From: Opitutia bacterium | Lineage (GTDB): Bacteria; Verrucomicrobiota; Verrucomicrobiia; Opitutales; Opitutaceae | NCBI GenBank assembly: GCA_947478395.1 | Contig: CANJVR010000004.1 | Location: forward strand, 260,864 to 324,863 | DNA length: 64,000 bases | Direction: 5' to 3' | Shown: positions 57,536 to 64,000 of the stretch, in pieces | Layout: every line of letters starts with the position of its first letter | How positions within the stretch are numbered: position 1 is the stretch's first letter | The notes under the pieces: generated by a model | The model's database searches: none | Told to the model about the DNA's origin: nothing | Seen by the model: only the letters and a program-made list of their open reading frames with translations | Program-made: the position numbers and the translations under genes

Positions 57536-58042
57536 GTGGTTAAAACAGACTTGGAAAATCCCAAACTGGTGGCGATCGATGTCGCGGTGGAGCGCCGGAT
57601 GGCGTTGCGCGCCGCCGGGAAAAAAGTGGTTCTGACCAACGGCGTTTTCGATCTGCTGCACACGGGCCACCTTTTTTACCTGCAAAAGGCGAGGGCGTTG
57701 GGCGACGCGCTCTTCATTGCCCTCAACGGCGACGTGAGCGTGCGGGCGCTGAAAGGCCCGCTGCGACCGGTTCAATCTGAAGAACAACGAGCCTACGCGC
57801 TGGCGGCCCTCGCGTGCGTCGACGCGGTGTTCTTTTTCAACACACCGCGGCTCGACACCGAGATTCGCGCGCTGCAGCCGGATGTTTACTGCAAGGCCGG
57901 CGACTACACGTTGGAGAAGCTCGATCCCGGTGAACGCGTGGCGCTGCAAGGCTTTGGATCGCGCATCGAATTCATGCCTTTTCTCGCGGGCTTCAGCACC
58001 ACGGCGCTGATTGCGAAGATCAAGGCGGCGGGCGAAATCTGA
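57536..58042 (+). CDS. ADP-heptose synthase-type nucleotidyltransferase (RfaE domain II)
   Basis: TNGVFDLLHTGH, LNGD.SV..LKG..RP, KAGDY, STT. Confidence 0.88.
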   Translation: MVKTDLENPKLVAIDVAVERRMALRAAGKKVVLTNGVFDLLHTGHLFYLQKARALGDALFIALNGDVSVRALKGPLRPVQSEEQRAYALAALACVDAVFFFNTPRLDTEIRALQPDVYCKAGDYTLEKLDPGERVALQGFGSRIEFMPFLAGFSTTALIAKIKAAGEI

Positions 58043-58048
58043 ATCACC

Positions 58049-58624
58049 ATGCGTGTCGTCATTCTCGGTTCCGGTCGCGGCTCGAATGCCGAGTCGATTC
58101 TCGTCGCTCAACAAGCGGGCCGCTTGAGCAGGGCGCGGGTCGTCGGAATTTTTTCGGATCAACCGGAAGCAGGGATTCTGTCGTTGGGTCTGCGTTTCAA
58201 TGTGCCGGCGATGTTCATTGATCCCGCGCCGTTCAAGACGAAGCTCGAGGGCGAAGGCGAGACGCGGTTTATTGCCGCAGTACAAGCGGCCCGGCCGGAT
58301 TTGGTGGTGCTGGCGGGTTTCATGCGGGTGTTGAAGCCAGGATTTCTCAACGCGTTCGCCGGGAAAATTATCAACCTGCACCCGAGTCTGCTGCCGAGCT
58401 TTCCTGGGCTCGATGGTATCGGGCAGGCGTTTCGTCGCGGCGTAAAATTTGCGGGATGCACGGTGCACGGGGTCACCGCTGAGGTGGACGGCGGACCGAT
58501 CCTCGATCAGGCCGCGGTGCGCGTGGCGCCGGGCGAGACCTTGGATTCGCTGACGGCGCGGATTCATGCGCTGGAACACACGCTGCTGCCGACGGTGATT
58601 GCGCGTTTGAGCGAGGTGGAGTGA
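58049..58624 (+). CDS. purN: Phosphoribosylglycinamide formyltransferase
   Basis: SGRGSN, LAGFMRVL, INLHPSLLP.FPG, GCTVH, DGGPI, EH. Confidence 0.95.
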   Translation: MRVVILGSGRGSNAESILVAQQAGRLSRARVVGIFSDQPEAGILSLGLRFNVPAMFIDPAPFKTKLEGEGETRFIAAVQAARPDLVVLAGFMRVLKPGFLNAFAGKIINLHPSLLPSFPGLDGIGQAFRRGVKFAGCTVHGVTAEVDGGPILDQAAVRVAPGETLDSLTARIHALEHTLLPTVIARLSEVE

Positions 58625-58860
58625 GCGGCCGGCTTGAGCGCGCGGGCGCCCTTCTGATTTGGCCGAGGGAAAAGACCGACGAACTAACGCCGGAGGCGTT
58701 GGTGCGTTTGTGGGTAGAGCAGGGGAGCGACAAGTGCCAGGCCCCTGATTTTCGGTGCGTGCAACAGACACGCGCGGAAACTGTTGCTGAACGCAGGCGC
58801 CCTTAGGGCCTCGCGGCAATTCCCTTGCCCGCAATGCGTGGGCCGGAAACGGTGGAAGGA

Positions 58861-59745
58861 ATGGAATTATTTGAAATCAAGGCCGAGATTTCCCCGGCGG
58901 TGACCAATGGAGTGGACGATCTCTTGCTTGAGCTGGGGGTGGGGGGCTGGAGCATTCTCGAGGATGCCATCGCTAAGCGCGCGTGGGTGGTGGGCATTTT
59001 CGAGGGCGAGAATGTGGCCAAGGCACGGTGGGCACTGCTCGAGCCTCTGCTGACGAATCTAGAGGTTGCAGTGATAGGCAAGGTGGAGGAGCGGCCGCTG
59101 GGCGACCAGGATTGGAAGGATAGCTATAAGATTCATTTTCACGCCTGGCGCTTCGGGCGGTTACACTGGGTGCCGGTTTGGGAGCGCTCCACGTTTGTAC
59201 TGCCGCCGGGCAACGCCGTGCTCTGGCTTGACCCGGGATTGGCGTTTGGCACGGGCAATCATGAAACCACCCGGTTGTGTGTGGAGCGTCTCGTTGAGAT
59301 TGCGGAGCAGCAGAAGCCGGTCGGTCGTGTGATCGATGCCGGCTGCGGATCGGGCATCTTGGCTCTTTCGGCGGCTTTACTCGGTTTTCGTGATGTCGTT
59401 GGCTTCGATTTAGATGCCGAAGCGGTGAGAATCAGCAAGGAGAACGCAGCGCTGAACAAGCTGACCGCCCACGCCGAATTTTTCACCGGTGATTTGATCA
59501 GTGGATTGGCGGGTTGCCAAGCCGACGTGCTCCTCGCGAACATCCAAGCCGACGTTCTAATGCGCTTTGCCGGCGAACTGGTGGCCGCGGTGCGACCGGG
59601 CGGTCACCTCGTGCTGAGCGGCATTCTAGCCGCGGAACTGGGGGCTGTGAGGGCGGTATTCGCTAAAGCGGCGATGGGCTGGACGATCGATTCGCGCGTG
59701 ATGGGCGAATGGAGCGACTTGGCTTTGAAACGCCCTCTAATTTAG
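58861..59745 (+). CDS. prmA: Ribosomal protein L11 methyltransferase
   Basis: DW...YK..F, LDPGLAFGTGNHETT, DAGCGSGIL, ANI, LSGIL. Confidence 0.93.
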   Translation: MELFEIKAEISPAVTNGVDDLLLELGVGGWSILEDAIAKRAWVVGIFEGENVAKARWALLEPLLTNLEVAVIGKVEERPLGDQDWKDSYKIHFHAWRFGRLHWVPVWERSTFVLPPGNAVLWLDPGLAFGTGNHETTRLCVERLVEIAEQQKPVGRVIDAGCGSGILALSAALLGFRDVVGFDLDAEAVRISKENAALNKLTAHAEFFTGDLISGLAGCQADVLLANIQADVLMRFAGELVAAVRPGGHLVLSGILAAELGAVRAVFAKAAMGWTIDSRVMGEWSDLALKRPLI

Positions 59746-59800
59746 CCGCGGGCAAACCCCGAAGGCATGGGGCGATGGCTGGCGTTCAACCCAAACGCTC

Positions 59801-61165
59801 CTAGGAAAACAAATCCGTCGGGGTACGACTCATAAACTCTTCCATGTAAGCAGTAGTGGCTTTCCCTTCGATGAAAACGGGATCGGCCATGATCGCCTTT
59901 TGGAGAGGGATGGTGGTCTTAATGCCGCGGATCAAATATTCGCTTAGGGCGCGATACATGCGTTCCAGCGCCGTTTTTCGATTTGGGCCATACGTGATGA
60001 GCTTGCCGATCATCGAATCGTAATAAGGGGGGATGGTGTAGCCTGAGTACGCGTGGGAATCGACTCGTACGCCGTGTCCACCGGGCGAATAGTAAAGGCC
60101 AATAGTGCCGGGAGAAGGGATGAAGTTACGCGCGGGATCCTCGGCGTTGATTCGGCATTCGATGGCGTGCTTCTCAAATTTGATATCGCCTTGGTCGAAA
60201 TCCAGTTTTTCCCCGTTCGCCACGCGAATCTGTTGTTTAATCAGGTCGATGCCCGTGACTTCCTCCGTAACAGGATGCTCCACCTGAATTCGGGTGTTCA
60301 TCTCGATAAAGTAATAGTTACCCTTGGCATCGACAAGAAACTCGATGGTTCCGGCGTTTTCGTATTCGGCCGCTTCCGCCGCGCGAATGGCGGCTTTCCC
60401 CATCTTTTTTCGAAGATCCGACGTGAGAAAGGGGGACGGAGATTCTTCGATAAGCTTTTGATGACGACGTTGCACCGAACAATCGCGCTCGCCCAAGTGC
60501 AGGATTTTCCCGTGTGAATCGGCCAGAATTTGGAATTCGATATGCCGGGGTTTTTCGATGTATTTCTCGATGTAAACTTGTCCGTTCCCGAATGCTTTTT
60601 CCGCCTCGCCGCGGGCCACGTGATATTCTTTAGCGAATGAAACATCGTTATGCGCGATCCTCATCCCGCGACCTCCACCACCTGCGACAGCTTTGATAAT
60701 GACAGGATAGCCGATTTTTCGGGCGACCTTAACCGCTTCCCGCTCAGAATCCACGGGACCGTCTGATCCCGGCACGATTGGTACACCGGCTTTCCTTACG
60801 GTGTCTTTGGCCACCGCTTTATCGCCCATCATTTTTATGGAGCGAGATTTCGGCCCGATAAACTTGATGTTACATGATTCGCACTGCTCAGCGAATTTCG
60901 CGTTCTCTGAGAGAAATCCATAGCCCGGATGGATTGCGTCCACGTCGGCAATTTCAGCCGCGCTAATGATACGATCGGCTCGCAGATAGCTGTCGGAACT
61001 CTTTGGTCCTCCGATGCAAATCGCCTCGTCTGCGAGTTGAACGTGAAGCGATTGAACATCAGCTTCGGAGTAAACCGCCAGGGTTTTAATCCCAAGTTCA
61101 CGGCAGGCTCTTACAATGCGAAGGGCAATTTCACCGCGGTTGGCGATGAGGATTTTTTGAATCAT
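59801..61165 (-). CDS. accC: Acetyl-CoA carboxylase biotin carboxylase subunit
   Basis: [58 protein letters not shown]. Confidence 0.97.
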   Translation of the reverse strand: MIQKILIANRGEIALRIVRACRELGIKTLAVYSEADVQSLHVQLADEAICIGGPKSSDSYLRADRIISAAEIADVDAIHPGYGFLSENAKFAEQCESCNIKFIGPKSRSIKMMGDKAVAKDTVRKAGVPIVPGSDGPVDSEREAVKVARKIGYPVIIKAVAGGGGRGMRIAHNDVSFAKEYHVARGEAEKAFGNGQVYIEKYIEKPRHIEFQILADSHGKILHLGERDCSVQRRHQKLIEESPSPFLTSDLRKKMGKAAIRAAEAAEYENAGTIEFLVDAKGNYYFIEMNTRIQVEHPVTEEVTGIDLIKQQIRVANGEKLDFDQGDIKFEKHAIECRINAEDPARNFIPSPGTIGLYYSPGGHGVRVDSHAYSGYTIPPYYDSMIGKLITYGPNRKTALERMYRALSEYLIRGIKTTIPLQKAIMADPVFIEGKATTAYMEEFMSRTPTDLFS

Positions 61166-61252
61166 CGGAATATCTGGAGGACGATTGATCCCTCCTCCCT
61201 TCCTGGGTTCAGCGAGCTGAAAGGATGGAGGACTGAAGGATTACGGGATGAC

Positions 61253-61750
61253 CTACCCCTGTTTTACCTTAAAAAGGCGCTGGCCGTACTCCACGGGTTG
61301 GCCGTTTTCCACCAAGACTTCGACGACGGTTCCCTTGGTTTCGGCCTGGATTTCGTTCATGATCTTCATGGCCTCGATAATGCACACGGCGCTAGTCTCA
61401 ACGACTTTGGTTCCCGCTTCGGCGAACGCCTTGCTTTCGGGGTTTGGCGATCGGTAAAACGTACCAACCATTGGAGATTTTACGTAGGTTACGCCGACTT
61501 CCTCTTCCGGCGAAGACGCGATTAAGGAATTGTTGACCGGCTGAGCGCCTGCGCTCGGGGCTGTTGCTACGGGAAAGCTGCCATCTGCACTCGTAGCGGG
61601 AGGATTTGAGTTACGGCTGGACGTAACCAACGGCAGGCCATCAAGCCCCCGCCGAATTTTTAGCTTAAAGCCTTCTTCCTCGACCGCAAACTCGGTCAAT
61701 TCCGAGCGCTTCATAAGGTCGATGATTTGTTTGATCTGTTTTAGGTCCAA
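61253..61750 (-). CDS. accB: Biotin carboxyl carrier protein
   Basis: SPMVGTFY, IIEAMKIMNEI (biotinylated Lys), VEYGQ; TTG start. Confidence 0.96.
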   Translation of the reverse strand: MDLKQIKQIIDLMKRSELTEFAVEEEGFKLKIRRGLDGLPLVTSSRNSNPPATSADGSFPVATAPSAGAQPVNNSLIASSPEEEVGVTYVKSPMVGTFYRSPNPESKAFAEAGTKVVETSAVCIIEAMKIMNEIQAETKGTVVEVLVENGQPVEYGQRLFKVKQG

Positions 61751-63559
61751 GCTGTGCCTAGGGTTAAAGGTTTGCGACGTCAGGAGACTTAGGTGGAATT
61801 TAAGGTTTATCGTTCAAAAGAAATGATCTCCGGCTAGCAATCTTTGTTTTCCCTCGTCTCGAAAAATGCGCCAGAATCGGTAATTTCTCAGGAAAAATCG
61901 CTGTTTTGAATGAAAATCATGTTTTTTGGGGTAAAATTGCTCAATCTTAAAACTGCAATCTTTCGAACGCCGGCGGCTGGATCGACCCTCTAAAAGTAGT
62001 CTAGCGGTGCGCCACTATGTGCCACGGCGCCAGGATTCCGAGCTCGATTGAGAAGATAAAGTCGGATCAATAGCCAAGACTTGGAAAACTCGGGGGCCGG
62101 CATTGGTTTCTCCGACAGACGATGAAGGTTAATCAGCCGGTAAAAGTGGTAAGAACGGATGATTGCGGCGGGCTTCTAAGTAATCTTGCAAAGAAGGTTT
62201 CAGAGGCTCCATTCGCGGTTGTAGGTTTGGACTTAGGCGACCCAAAGCCGCCACAATTTCGGCCCGTTTGCGGTAGGTGCCGCCGTGTTTTCAAATATGG
62301 TGACCGAGGCACCAGCAGTCCGAGGCACCCGCAGTCGCAGCTATCCATCCCGGTGAATAACCACAGTTAGCCGTCGTCCACGGCCCATCTTTTCGCGCCA
62401 TCGCTGGCCCTGTGCGCATCAGGCGCGTCGATGGTGATCTGGCTTTCGCGTGCTTTGGCGGGAACTCGGACGGCGCGGCAAAAGTAGCCGGTGGACTCGC
62501 ATCGACCGTGGGATATTGTTGCTGCTCCCGCGGTGGCCACCCACCCAGCGCACCCGGCCAAAGACCTTGCCAAGCCCTTCGCCGAGGACAGGCGAACCCG
62601 ACCACGCCCAAGCAAATAAGCGTGAGATGGCCGGGGGATAGAGCGGTGCCTCCATCCCCCGTTTATCGGAGAAATGGCTTCGGGCGGAACGGCGGCGTTC
62701 GCTGCACAGTGCGGTGCGTTCGTATCAACGCTCGACGAAAGGCCCACGCTGTGCAGACGCGTTACACGCCGTAAACCCGGCCGGTAGCCGTGAGGTTTAG
62801 CGGACTTATGTGCGCGACCTCCACCAACCAGCCAGGACGGCCTCGTTCTTCGTAGCAGTAGAGACCCTCATCCACCTCGGCGGGATTTCGCAGCCCAGTC
62901 GGTTCGCCTAGCCGCCATATTCCCGCGCGGTATCGCCCAGCCCGGCCGATGTGCGGTGCGCGCTCCGTGTCGGCGCCCGCGATTCCCCGAGCAGCGGCGC
63001 GGACCACGGTACTCTAGCGTATGAGCGCATCAGGCGCATGCGTGCGCAGGAGGCTCGGCACGGGCAGGGTTTCGCGGATCGCCGCTCCCGAGCGCGGCCG
63101 GAGAAACTTCTAGGCCGTAGTCTGCGGGGTGCTGTGTTCGACGATGCGCTTCTCCGAGGCTTGTTCGATATCCGCTTCGCAGCGCTTTCGGCTTCAACCA
63201 AGCCGTGCCCAGCAAAAGCAGTGAAGTTACCTCGAGGGCAACCGACCCACAGAATCATCGCTCGTCGATCCGACAAACGAGGAGTTAACTGTTCGAACCC
63301 AGTAACGGCCAAACGACGAGATCAGGGGCAAGGCTTCGGACCGAAACACCGTTATTTCTGGTCCCACTAAGTGAGGCTTCTGTAATCGGTGTCGCGAATA
63401 CTGGTAATCTAAGCAACTGTTTCATAATCCTTTAAAATCGATCGATAGAATATTTATAAAAAAACCTTGATCCGCCGAGCTTCGCGCACATGTTCCGCCC
63501 TCCCTTCGATTCGCGACGTCAAAAAACGATGCGGATGGGAGGAGACCGATGTTCTTTTC

Positions 63560-63655
63560 TTCTAAATAATTTCTGAATTTTTCGGAAATGTGTTGACGAA
63601 GTAAAAATGAATTGGCTGGATGACACTCTTTCCCATGTGGAAAGGCTCTTTGAAA
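63560..63655 (+). promoter_or_regulatory. rRNA operon promoter/leader: AT-rich UP-like region, TTGACG -35 candidate and boxA-like antiterminator
   Basis: TTGACG at 63593 and GGCTCTTTGAAA at 63644, upstream of 16S. No canonical -10 at 17 bp. Confidence 0.5.
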
Positions 63656-63764
63656 ATTATTTTGTGCGATTGATTGGGACCCCCAATCAAAATTCAAGAA
63701 ACGAATTTAGCTTAGGCTAAGTTCAAGTATAAGTAGTTCATGAATCACTAGGTTCTGAACTCTC

Positions 63765-64000
<236 letters not shown>

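Noticed and set aside
56113..57663. 516-aa minus-strand ORF, and similar long antisense ORFs such as 210..1517, 14490..15608, 27480..28685, 48636..50144 and 52206..53300
   Set aside because: Shadow frames opposite well-supported genes; expected from high-GC codon bias and lacking family motifs.
59801..61950. Visibly lower GC in accBC as a sign of horizontal transfer
   Set aside because: These are core genes with no mobility signatures; GC was not computed, and local or expression-related bias is a simpler explanation.

Overview
GC-rich bacterial chromosome segment. The 16S rRNA 5' end (GGCGGCGTGGTTAAGACATGC) and the gene repertoire point to Verrucomicrobia, probably Opitutaceae (inference). 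1-17.3 kb is a co-directional cluster for degrading a sulfated, uronate-containing polysaccharide: 5 Cys-type sulfatases, GH88, PL6, a PL38/PF05426-type lyase, a TonB-dependent receptor and 2 uncharacterised secreted proteins. It is followed by an octaheme cytochrome/TPR protein, tRNA-Leu(TAG), rhaM and a large DUF4450-type glycosidase. 24-32 kb (minus strand) is the most unusual block: a bacillithiol-like bshA-bshB1 pair coupled to a half-length BshC-like gene, preceded by DUF2911, an exported LmbE/PIG-L deacetylase, an unannotated 48-aa membrane peptide and a sodium:solute symporter. 32-50 kb contains a GH50-like protein with altered catalytic motifs, apt, a DUF2063 relic, an Rrf2 pseudogene with an internal inversion, a DEAD-box helicase, an ars operon using an aquaglyceroporin, a LysR with an OxyR-like operator and an nfeD-floA operon. 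50-64 kb is housekeeping (rodZ-like, ftsK, PMI, grpE-dnaJ, purN, prmA, accBC), then a ~1.4 kb unexplained region and the start of an rRNA operon. No CRISPR array, integrase or transposase was seen. All family calls come from motif recognition by eye, not from database searches.
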